This document shows positions 26,094-34,320 of a stretch of DNA of 50,782 nucleotides, in pieces (positions within the stretch are counted from its first letter, which is position 1; every line of letters begins with the position of its first letter). The position numbers and the translations under genes were made by a program. The notes beneath the pieces were generated by a model that saw only the letters and a program-made list of their open reading frames with translations, was not told the origin of the DNA and did no database searches. Source of the DNA: Candidatus Moraniibacteriota bacterium (GTDB lineage Bacteria > Patescibacteriota > Minisyncoccia > Moranbacterales > GWC2-37-73); contig JBBQCF010000002.1 in NCBI GenBank assembly GCA_038318455.1, positions 1-50,782 on the forward strand. The letters are read 5' to 3'.

Positions 26094-27986
26094 ATGTTAA
26101 GGAATAAACAAAAAATATCTAGGAAATTTTCTGGATTAGAAATTGAAGATTATATCCTTACTGCAACAGAAAAGGAAGCTTCGAGGATGGAAAAACCTCT
26201 TGCAAAAAATTGGTTTGATATTTTATGGTGGGGTATGTTAGTTTTTGTTTTCATGTTAGGAATAAGAGTTGTTTTTTTAACTGTAATTAAGGGTGCATAT
26301 TATCAGGATGTTTCAAAAGGCAATAGTGTGCGTTCTATTATTATCAAGGCGCCTAGGGGCAGAATTTTTGATCGCACGGGCGTATCTTTGGTTAATAATG
26401 TTCCAAGTATTGATGCAGTTATAATTCCTGCTGATATTCCCAGGGATAGCATGGAAACAAAAAAAATAGCCGATGTTGTTTCAACTATTCTGAATATAAA
26501 TACTGCAGAAGTCTGGACAATTTTAGAGAGTAATGCAAATTCTAAATCGTTAAATCCTGTTTTGTTAAAAGAGAATATACAACACGAACAGGCGTTAGAG
26601 CTGCTTGAGAAGGGTAATAATCTTCCAGGTATCAGTATTGAAAAAACAGCTATTAGGGATTATGTTGATGGGCCAATATTCGCTCACGTTCTTGGATATG
26701 AGGGAAAAATAAAGCAAAGTGAACTTGACCAAAATAAGGGATATCTACTCACTGATTATATTGGAAAACAGGGAATAGAAAAATCCTATGAAAAATATTT
26801 ACGTGGAATTCATGGCAGTGATCAAGTAGAGGTTGATTCGATGGGAAATACTAAGCGAGAAATTGGAATCATAAATCCAAAACCAGGGAGTGATCTCGTG
26901 ATGGGTATTGATGCGGGTTTGCAGAAAAAACTTTATGACAGTATTAATGCTGTTTTAGAAAAAACAAAAACCAGTACCGCTTCTGCAGTCGCTATTGATC
27001 CAAAAACTGGTCAGATTCTTGCTATGGTAAGTGTTCCAAGTTTTGATAATAATTTATTTGCTAATAAAATTTCCAATGAACAATATGCTAGTTTGATAAA
27101 TAATCCTGATAATCCGCTTTTCAATCGTGCTATTTCTGGTGAATACCCACCTGGATCAACAGTGAAGCCTGCCATTTCAGTGGCTGCTCTTTCTGAAGGC
27201 ATTATAACACCATCAACTATTATTAATGGTTTGGGCGGTGTTTTACGCTTGGGTAGTTATAGTTTTGGTGATTGGAAAGCTCATGCGCCAAGTGATGTGC
27301 GCACAGCAATTGCTGAAAGTAATGATATATTTTTCTATACCGTTGGAGGTGGTTATGGAAATATTAGTGGTCTTGGAATGGATAAAATGAAAAAATGGTA
27401 TAACAATTTTGGATTTGGGGAGTTACTTGGAATTGATATTGGAGGAGAAGCTAGTGGTTTAATCCCAAGTGAGCAATGGAAAAAGGATGTTATTAAAGAG
27501 CGTTGGTCTGTTGGAAATAGTTATCATGCAGCAATTGGTCAAGGATATGTAAGTGCAACAGTTCTTCAGCTCGCTGATTACACGGCATCAATTGCAAATG
27601 GTGGAACATTATACAAACCGCAGCTTGTTTCGCAGATAAAAAAAAGTGATGGTGAAGTTATCAATATTAAACCAGAAGTCATTCGATCAAACTTTGTTTC
27701 ACAAGATATTCTAAACGTTGTTAGGGAAGGTATGCGAAAAACAGTTTTGGCTGGAACGGCGCAACCCCTTAAGGATATGCCAGTTGATATTGCTGGCAAG
27801 ACTGGCACTGCTCAATTTGGCGTGGGTGCAAAACAAGAGCATGGTTGGTTTATTTCTTTTGCGCCATATGATAATCCCAAAATAGCTATGGCTGTTTTGG
27901 TTGAAGGTGCTGGAGAGGGATTCACCAGTGCTTTGCCGGTGACAAAAGATGTGTACCAGTGGTACTTTGGTGACAGGAATCAATAA
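26094..27986 (+). CDS. mrdA: Penicillin-binding protein 2 (elongation transpeptidase)
   Basis: SxxK (STVKP) and KTGTAQ motifs. Lies in mreBCD context. Confidence 0.9.
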   Translation: MLRNKQKISRKFSGLEIEDYILTATEKEASRMEKPLAKNWFDILWWGMLVFVFMLGIRVVFLTVIKGAYYQDVSKGNSVRSIIIKAPRGRIFDRTGVSLVNNVPSIDAVIIPADIPRDSMETKKIADVVSTILNINTAEVWTILESNANSKSLNPVLLKENIQHEQALELLEKGNNLPGISIEKTAIRDYVDGPIFAHVLGYEGKIKQSELDQNKGYLLTDYIGKQGIEKSYEKYLRGIHGSDQVEVDSMGNTKREIGIINPKPGSDLVMGIDAGLQKKLYDSINAVLEKTKTSTASAVAIDPKTGQILAMVSVPSFDNNLFANKISNEQYASLINNPDNPLFNRAISGEYPPGSTVKPAISVAALSEGIITPSTIINGLGGVLRLGSYSFGDWKAHAPSDVRTAIAESNDIFFYTVGGGYGNISGLGMDKMKKWYNNFGFGELLGIDIGGEASGLIPSEQWKKDVIKERWSVGNSYHAAIGQGYVSATVLQLADYTASIANGGTLYKPQLVSQIKKSDGEVINIKPEVIRSNFVSQDILNVVREGMRKTVLAGTAQPLKDMPVDIAGKTGTAQFGVGAKQEHGWFISFAPYDNPKIAMAVLVEGAGEGFTSALPVTKDVYQWYFGDRNQ

Positions 27987-28039
27987 TCTTACTTTTTTTA
28001 TCTTTTGTTTTATATAAGGCAATTTTTGGTTGTGCATGG

Positions 28040-28087
28040 TTGACAATTTGCCCAAAAATGTATATACTTTGACGATTATGGTATAAT
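28040..28087 (+). promoter_or_regulatory. Candidate promoters of RNase P RNA
   Basis: First candidate: TTGACA (28040-28045), 17-nt spacer, TATACT (28063-28068). Second candidate: extended -10 TGgTATAAT (28079-28087). Confidence 0.5.
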
Positions 28088-28110
28088 ATAATATAGTTCT
28101 TTGAATTTAG

Positions 28111-28589
28111 AATTTATCAAAGTAATTAGGCAATCGCTGTTTTCGCAAGAAAATAGAGGAAAGTCCGGACGTTTCCCATGAAAGTGGGAGCATGGTAGCG
28201 GGTAACCCCCGTCAGAAGTGATTCTCGAGGTGCGAGCAGAGACGCCTGAACGTGAAAACAATCAGGCACCCTGATTTATTAGGGTGAATTTCTATGGCAA
28301 CATAGAAGGTGAAACGGCTAAATCCTTACCTGGACGCAAGACCGTGCTCCAGTGCGTGGCACTGGAAATTTCAAAAATCAAATTACAAATTCCAAACAAT
28401 TTTCAAATAGAAAATAAATCAAGAGTATTTCTTTGTTTGGTGCTTGTTTCTTGTGATTTGTATTTTCCAATGCTGTGCATTGGTAGAGTGTCGCTTGACT
28501 CCGACGGTAACGTCGGAGCTAGATAAATGATTGTCATCAATTTGAAAAAATTGACACAGAATCCGGCTTATAGATTACTTTGATAAATT
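28111..28589 (+). ncRNA. rnpB: RNase P RNA (bacterial type A-like) with a large AT-rich insertion
   Basis: P4 signature AGAGGAAAGTCCGGAC (28155-28170) and ACAGAATCCGGCTTAT (28556-28571). P1 pairs 28111-28126 with 28574-28589. GGTGAAACGG and AGATAAATGATTGTC elements are also present. Confidence 0.9.
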
Positions 28590-28633
28590 GTAAATTCAAA
28601 GATTAAAATTTAAATTTATATTTACATAGATAA

Positions 28634-30067
28634 ATGAAAAAAAGAAGCGAATTATTTTTCAGTGCAATTCAGGTTCCAATGGACGGGGCAATGATATTAT
28701 TGGCAGCGTTAAGTGCTTTTTCGATTAGAAATATTCCAGAAATTTTAGCCTTAAAGCCTAAACTATATAATTTTCCACTGGATAGTTATTTGCATGCTGT
28801 TTTTCTTATAACTCCTCTTGCGATTATTGTATATGCTATAGAGGGCCTTTATAATATTAAGGTTACTAGAAAATTTTGGCAGGAAGCAGTGAGTGTTTTT
28901 TTGGCAACCTCTGTTGCGCTAGTTGTTATTATTGTTACGATTTTTCTTAAACGAGAATGGTTTTCATCTCGTTTTATAATTCTGGCTGGTTGGGGACTTA
29001 CTGTGATGTATGTGACAATTGGTAGATATATTTTGCAAAAAATTCAAAAACATTTCTTGCAATCAAGAGGTATGGGTGTGCACAGACTTCTTTTGATTGG
29101 CAGAAATCGAAAAATGGATTTAATTTTAAAGTTAATAAAAAAAGATAAATCATTGGGCTACAAGATTGTTGGACGCATAGAAACAGCAGCTATACGACTC
29201 GTGCGCGATATTAAAGAATCAAAAGGTGTTGATGAGATCATTGTTTGCGATTCATCACTCACTGACAATGAACAAGAAAAATTGATAGATTATTGTGCAA
29301 TTAATAATATTTCATATAAATTCATTCCAACAACATTGCAAACTGCAAAATTTGAAAATGGTATTTTTAATGGTGAGCCTATTATTGAAATTAAACATAC
29401 TCCACTTGAAGGTTGGGGTAAAATCTTAAAGCGCACTTTTGACATAATAAGCTCTAGTGTTTTTATCGTAATTCTTTCTCCATTAATGGCGGTGGTTGCA
29501 TTACTGATTAAAGTAGAGTCTTTTTTTGAAAATTCCAAAGATGGCCCAATCGTGTATAAAAATGAACGCATAGGAAGTGACGGAAAGAAATTTAATGTAT
29601 ATAAATTTCGTTATATGAAATGGGAATTTTGCACAAACCCCAATACGTCAGAAGGTAGAAAGGCCCTGGAATATGAAAAAGAATTGATTAAAAAATTAAG
29701 CATCAAAAAGGGACCACTTTATAAAATTAAAAATGATCCTCGCAAGACAAGAATTGGTGCAATCATTGAAAGGCTTTCTATTGATGAGTTGCCACAATTT
29801 TTCAATGTTTTCATGGGGGATATGAGTTTAGTTGGTCCTCGTCCTCATCAAGAAAGAGAAGTGGCAAAATATAGTGAATATCACAGGCGATTATTGACCA
29901 TAAAACCTGGAGTAACAGGTATGGCGCAAGTTTCCGGACGCTCTGATCTTGAATTTGAAGACGAATATAAATTGGATGTTTTTTATATTGAAAATTGGTC
30001 ACTTTGGCAGGATATTCAAATTTGTCTTAAAACAGCTTTGGTTTTATTCAAGAGAAGGAAGAATTAG
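28634..30067 (+). CDS. Polyprenyl-phosphate glycosyl-1-phosphate transferase (WbaP/EpsB-type sugar transferase)
   Basis: Multi-TM N-terminus, then the bacterial sugar transferase domain KRTFDIISSSVFIVILSPL..., PQFFNVFMGDMSLVGPRP. Confidence 0.88.
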   Translation: MKKRSELFFSAIQVPMDGAMILLAALSAFSIRNIPEILALKPKLYNFPLDSYLHAVFLITPLAIIVYAIEGLYNIKVTRKFWQEAVSVFLATSVALVVIIVTIFLKREWFSSRFIILAGWGLTVMYVTIGRYILQKIQKHFLQSRGMGVHRLLLIGRNRKMDLILKLIKKDKSLGYKIVGRIETAAIRLVRDIKESKGVDEIIVCDSSLTDNEQEKLIDYCAINNISYKFIPTTLQTAKFENGIFNGEPIIEIKHTPLEGWGKILKRTFDIISSSVFIVILSPLMAVVALLIKVESFFENSKDGPIVYKNERIGSDGKKFNVYKFRYMKWEFCTNPNTSEGRKALEYEKELIKKLSIKKGPLYKIKNDPRKTRIGAIIERLSIDELPQFFNVFMGDMSLVGPRPHQEREVAKYSEYHRRLLTIKPGVTGMAQVSGRSDLEFEDEYKLDVFYIENWSLWQDIQICLKTALVLFKRRKN

Positions 30068-30143
30068 TGGGAAAAAGGCGAGTTGTCCTGGAGCGGAAAT
30101 AATAAAAACCGCTGGGTTTCAAGGGGTGCAACAGCACGACGGG

Positions 30144-30191
30144 TGTGGATAACTTTTTTGCTTTGACAAAAAGTCAAAAATAGACTATAAT
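30144..30191 (+). promoter_or_regulatory. Consensus promoter preceded by a DnaA-box-like 10-mer, second copy of the module
   Basis: TGTGGATAAC (30144-30153); TTGACA (30163-30168), 17-nt spacer, TATAAT (30186-30191). The -35 element sits in TTGACAAAAAGTCAA, the reverse complement of the palindrome at 10602-10616. Confidence 0.6.
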
Positions 30192-30287
30192 TAGAATATG
30201 AGAGGATAGAAAAAGAAATGGTTTGGTCGACTGTTTTCCCTTATCTTTCTCGGTAAGTAAATAATCAGTAATTAATGAAATACAATT

Positions 30288-30641
30288 ATGACAGATGTAA
30301 GACCCACAGATCAGGAATTCCTAGAATTCGCTGTAAAAGCGCTTGTTGACAATCCAACAGACGTGAAGGTTGAAAGAAAAATTGATGAAATGGGAGTTCT
30401 CATTACTTTGGATGTTAATCCAGCAGATATGGGAATGGTAATCGGACGAGAAGGTCAGACCGCAAAAGCTCTTCGAACAATTCTTCGTGTTATCGGAGCT
30501 CGTAACAACGCTCGTGTTAACTTGAAAATCAACGAACCAGAAGGTTCTACTCGTGGAGAACGCACACCTCGCCCAGAAGCAGCTCCTGCTGTTGAAGTGA
30601 AAAAAAGCATTGATGATGTTCTTGGAGACATGAATATCTAA
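30288..30641 (+). CDS. khpA: KH-domain RNA-binding protein (KhpA/YlqC-like) with a C-terminal extension
   Basis: EFLEFAVKALVDNPTDVKV...MGMVIGREGQTAKALRTILRV matches the UPF0109 KH fold. About 35 extra Pro/Glu/Ala-rich C-terminal residues. Confidence 0.8.
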   Translation: MTDVRPTDQEFLEFAVKALVDNPTDVKVERKIDEMGVLITLDVNPADMGMVIGREGQTAKALRTILRVIGARNNARVNLKINEPEGSTRGERTPRPEAAPAVEVKKSIDDVLGDMNI

Positions 30642-30668
30642 AAAAGTTTTTCAAAACTTTTAAATAAT

Positions 30669-30695
30669 AAAAACCCGTCGAAAGGCGGGTTTTTA
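30669..30695. terminator. Terminator hairpin between convergent genes
   Basis: AAAAACCCGTC-GAAA-GGCGGGTTTTT, with an A-run and a T-run on either side. Confidence 0.7.
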
Positions 30696-30820
30696 TGTGC
30701 TTGTTTATATCGCATATTTCCTTTCTTGGCACGCTGTCGGCCAAAATCAATAGCCGACAGCTCATGAGTGGCTCTTGCCATTATTGGCCGTGAAAGAAAA
30801 TTGTCTCACAAAATAATCCT

Positions 30821-32257
30821 CTATTGTTTCAGATATTTATAAATTGATCCGATAAGATAAAGTGAACCGGTTATTACAACTGTTTTTTTTGAATCATGAA
30901 TAACTTTTGATATTTCTGTTTTATTGTTACCAATTATTTTGAATTTTTTGAAATTTCTTGATTCCAAGAATAAAATAATTTCTTGATTATTAATACTACT
31001 ATGAAGATTATCTTGATTGGAAAGTGAAAAATGTGTAAAGAAAATTTTGTTGGCAAGTGGAATTATTTCCCGGAGCATTTCTTGAAAGTCTTTGCTTTTT
31101 TTGAAAGCAATAATAAAAGTGAATTTTTGTTTGGGATATATTTTTGCAATATTATTAGTGAAAGCATGCATTTTTTGCGGATTGTGCGCTCCATCAATAA
31201 TGACAGTGTTTTGCTGGATTTTTTTGATTTCAAACCGTCCAGGAATGGCGATGTTACGTAGCATGCTACGTAACAAGTGCTCGTCTATTTTGAACTTGTC
31301 ACGCTTGGATAATAAAGCTAGGCAGGTAAGTGCTAGTGAGCAATTTTCTGCTTGATGAGCTCCAATCAATCCTAAATGGATATTTTTTAAGGAGAAATTT
31401 ATAGCATTATCATCCCCGTGAAAACGGAAATCCGGGTTTTTTTTATTTGCAACGTAACCTGGATTCCGGATCAAGTCCGAAATGACACATGGATATTTGG
31501 AAAAATTAAAATCAAAAACAGTTTCCAGTGGTGTTGAAAAAATAATCTTGTAATTTTTCTGACCAATGATAGTTAAGGTCGCATTTTTTTCTTTGCAACA
31601 TTTTTTTATTATATTGAGTCCAGCGACTGATGACTGATAACCGATGACAGTATTTTTATTTCCTATTATTCCAGCTTTTTGCTCGGCTATCTTTGAGATT
31701 GTTTTTCCGAGAATTTCAGTGTGATCGAGACCAAGTTTAGTGATAATGCAAAGCTTGTTTTTTGTGGTGACGGTATTAGTGGCGTCGAGTGTTCCGCCAA
31801 GACCTGTTTCAATCACAGCATAATCTAATTTTTCTTTGGCAAAAATATAATACGCCAAACCAACATTTATTTCAAAAAATGTTGGCGCGCCATATTTGCA
31901 GGCCTCCATTTTTTTGATCAAGGGCGAAATTTGATTGAAATATTTTAGAATCAGTTTTTCCGAAGGCAATTGGTTATTGATTTGCATGCGTTCGCGAATG
32001 TCAAAAATATGCGGAGAAATTGACATGCCAACAGAAAAACCTTGACTAACAAGCGCGTGGCTCGTCAGATGTGCGGTAGATCCTTTGCCTGATGTTCCTG
32101 CAATATGAACAACTTTGATTTTATCTTGTGGATTACCAAGTAATTTCATGAAGTATTTAGCTCTATCTAGGCCAATTGTCCCCATAAATAAAGCTTCCCG
32201 CGTGGGAATACGAATTTTGAGAAATTCTTCAAATTTTTTAAGGGTGGATATTTTCAT
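30821..32257 (-). CDS. folC: Folylpolyglutamate synthase/dihydrofolate synthase-like Mur ligase (FolC)
   Basis: P-loop HIAGTSGKGST, ETGLGG, LIGAHQAENCSLAL, IIDGAHNP. The gene contains an about 27-codon segment made of a palindromic repeat. Confidence 0.85.
   Translation of the reverse strand: MKISTLKKFEEFLKIRIPTREALFMGTIGLDRAKYFMKLLGNPQDKIKVVHIAGTSGKGSTAHLTSHALVSQGFSVGMSISPHIFDIRERMQINNQLPSEKLILKYFNQISPLIKKMEACKYGAPTFFEINVGLAYYIFAKEKLDYAVIETGLGGTLDATNTVTTKNKLCIITKLGLDHTEILGKTISKIAEQKAGIIGNKNTVIGYQSSVAGLNIIKKCCKEKNATLTIIGQKNYKIIFSTPLETVFDFNFSKYPCVISDLIRNPGYVANKKNPDFRFHGDDNAINFSLKNIHLGLIGAHQAENCSLALTCLALLSKRDKFKIDEHLLRSMLRNIAIPGRFEIKKIQQNTVIIDGAHNPQKMHAFTNNIAKIYPKQKFTFIIAFKKSKDFQEMLREIIPLANKIFFTHFSLSNQDNLHSSINNQEIILFLESRNFKKFKIIGNNKTEISKVIHDSKKTVVITGSLYLIGSIYKYLKQ
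31408..31487. repeat. Palindromic element (family 3) lying in frame inside folC
   Basis: TATCATCCCCGTGAAAACGGAAATCCGGG...CCTGGATTCCGGA...CGAAATGACA is related to the intergenic copy at 37348-37451. It encodes CVISDLIRNPGYVANKKNPDFRFHGDD on the - strand. Confidence 0.6.
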
Positions 32258-32354
32258 ATTTTGCTATCATAGCGTTTAATTTTGGTACTTGCAACTGTAA
32301 TTTAGCTTATTTGCGCACTTTTTTAATTTCAAGATCTATGTTAGAATATTTTAT

Positions 32355-33026
32355 ATGAAAAGATTTGATATAGTTACAATTTTCCCAAATATTTTTGACA
32401 GCTATTTCGGCGAGTCTATCATTAAACGTGCTAAGGAAAAAGAAATAGTCCAAATTACAGCGCATAATTTGCGTGACTTTTCTACCAATAAGCACAATAA
32501 TGTTGATGACACACCATACGGTGGTGGAGCTGGCATGGTGATGCAAGTGGAGCCAATTTATTTGGCAGTGAAAGATATTAAAAAAGAAAATTTAAAAACC
32601 AGAACTATTTTATTTTCTGCTAAAGGAAAAAGATATAAACAAGAGGATGCCAAAAGATTAACTGAATATGATCAACTGATTTTTATTTGTGGTCGCTACG
32701 AGGGTGTGGATGAACGTGTGGCGGAAAATGTTTGCGATGAAGAAATTTCTATTGGAGATTTTGTGATGACTGGTGGAGAGATCGCTGCAATGGTCGTGAT
32801 TGATAGTGTCGCGAGATTATTGCCTGGAGTGCTTGGTAATGACCAGAGTGCAATCGTCGAATCACATAGTGAAGAAGGATATTTGGAATTTCCGCAGTAT
32901 AGCAAGCCGGAAAAATTCCTAGAGTGGGAAGTTCCCAGTGTCCTGCTAAGTGGTAATCATGCCGAGATTGAGAATTGGAGAAAAAATCAATCAAAATCCA
33001 AAAAGAAAATTACAAGCACCAAATAA
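32355..33026 (+). CDS. trmD: tRNA (guanine37-N1)-methyltransferase
   Basis: FDIVTIFPNIF, DDTPYGGGAGMVM, CGRYEGVDERV, GGEIAAMVVIDSV motifs. Confidence 0.93.
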   Translation: MKRFDIVTIFPNIFDSYFGESIIKRAKEKEIVQITAHNLRDFSTNKHNNVDDTPYGGGAGMVMQVEPIYLAVKDIKKENLKTRTILFSAKGKRYKQEDAKRLTEYDQLIFICGRYEGVDERVAENVCDEEISIGDFVMTGGEIAAMVVIDSVARLLPGVLGNDQSAIVESHSEEGYLEFPQYSKPEKFLEWEVPSVLLSGNHAEIENWRKNQSKSKKKITSTK

Positions 33027-33118
33027 AATCCAATAATCAAATTTTAAATATTCAAACCGTTTGTGAGTTACCTTTTTTGCAATTTGAGATTTGTTTGGAA
33101 TTTTTTTCTTGATTATTG
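33012..33118 (+). repeat. AT-rich long imperfect hairpin, family 2
   Basis: CAATAATCAA (33031-33040) pairs with TTGATTATTG (33109-33118). ACAAGCACCAAA (33012-33023) is the reverse complement of TTTGGTGCTTGT, found at 28436-28447 and 40052-40063. Confidence 0.45.
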
Positions 33119-33136
33119 TTTATTATTTTTTATATT

Positions 33137-34243
33137 ATGCAAACAAAATTAGGAGACAGAACACTTTTGACAACGGTATCAATACTGCTTATTTTTGGCC
33201 TTATTATGATTGCGAGTGCTGGAGTTATTTATTCTCAAACAAGGTTTGGAGATGATTATTATTTTTTCAAACATCAACTCCTGTATGGAGTTTTACCAGG
33301 ATCAGTAGTGCTTTATTTTTTGTCTAAAATCGACTATCATTTTTGGAAAAAAGTTGCAGTTCCAATCTTTTTTGTGGCAGTTATTTTCTTGCTTCTGGTT
33401 TTTGTCCCAGGTGTGGGATCGAATATTTATGGTGCAAGTCGTTGGATTAAGCTTGGTATATTTTCTTTTCAACCTTCTGAAATGGCAAAATTGGCAATAA
33501 TAATATATCTAGCTGCCTGGCTTGATGGTCGAGGAGAAAAACGTATCGGAGATTTTTTTGAAGGTTTGTTGCCATTTATTGGCATTATTGGTTTGGTTGG
33601 ATTTTTAATTATGAAGCAACCAGACACTGGAACTTTTGGCGTTATTGCTTTGACTTCTTTTGCAATCTTTTTTATTTCAGGCGCTCGTTTGAATCATCTT
33701 TTTTCAATTACCATGCTTGGAGTATTTGGACTTTGGATTCTTGTTAAAATTGAGCCGTATCGTTTCAATAGAATTCTGACCTTTCTTGATCCTTCTACTG
33801 ATCCAAGTGGGATAGGATATCAGATCAATCAAGCCTTATTGGCTGTTGGTAGTGGGGGATTTTTTGGAGTTGGACTTGGTCATTCTCGTCAAAAATTCAA
33901 TTATTTGCCTGAACCTGTAGGAGATTCCATTTTTGCAATCATCGGTGAAGAGCTTGGAATGCTTGGCGCTGTGGTGCTGTTGGTTTTGTTTGTTATTCTG
34001 GCCATTAGAGGTATTAAAATAGCTAAGAATGCACCAGATGTGTTTGGAAAATTATTGGCAACTGGCATTACAATGTGGATAACATTTCAAGCCTTTATTA
34101 ATATTTGCGCCAATATAGCACTGGTTCCATTAACTGGAATTCCACTTCCTTTTATAAGTTATGGTGGAACATCTTTGGCATTTTTGATGGCGGCTGTTGG
34201 TATCTTATTAAATATCTCAAAACAGGCGAATTTGGATAATTAA
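33137..34243 (+). CDS. ftsW: SEDS-family peptidoglycan glycosyltransferase (FtsW/RodA)
   Basis: 10-TM SEDS pattern with QPSEMAKL, PDTGT, LPEPVGDSIFAIIGEELG, GIPLPFISYGGTS. Lies upstream of murG-murC. Confidence 0.88.
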   Translation: MQTKLGDRTLLTTVSILLIFGLIMIASAGVIYSQTRFGDDYYFFKHQLLYGVLPGSVVLYFLSKIDYHFWKKVAVPIFFVAVIFLLLVFVPGVGSNIYGASRWIKLGIFSFQPSEMAKLAIIIYLAAWLDGRGEKRIGDFFEGLLPFIGIIGLVGFLIMKQPDTGTFGVIALTSFAIFFISGARLNHLFSITMLGVFGLWILVKIEPYRFNRILTFLDPSTDPSGIGYQINQALLAVGSGGFFGVGLGHSRQKFNYLPEPVGDSIFAIIGEELGMLGAVVLLVLFVILAIRGIKIAKNAPDVFGKLLATGITMWITFQAFINICANIALVPLTGIPLPFISYGGTSLAFLMAAVGILLNISKQANLDN

Positions 34244-34320
34244 TAAATTATTTACTGGATTTTATTGGCTTTTCTTGCTATTATATTAATGAAATTTCAA
34301 ATTTTAAATTATTTTTTATT

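Noticed and set aside
28076-28526. ORFs 28284-28526 (+) and 28076-28261 (-)
   Set aside because: They overlap the RNase P RNA gene, whose P4 and P1 signatures are unambiguous.
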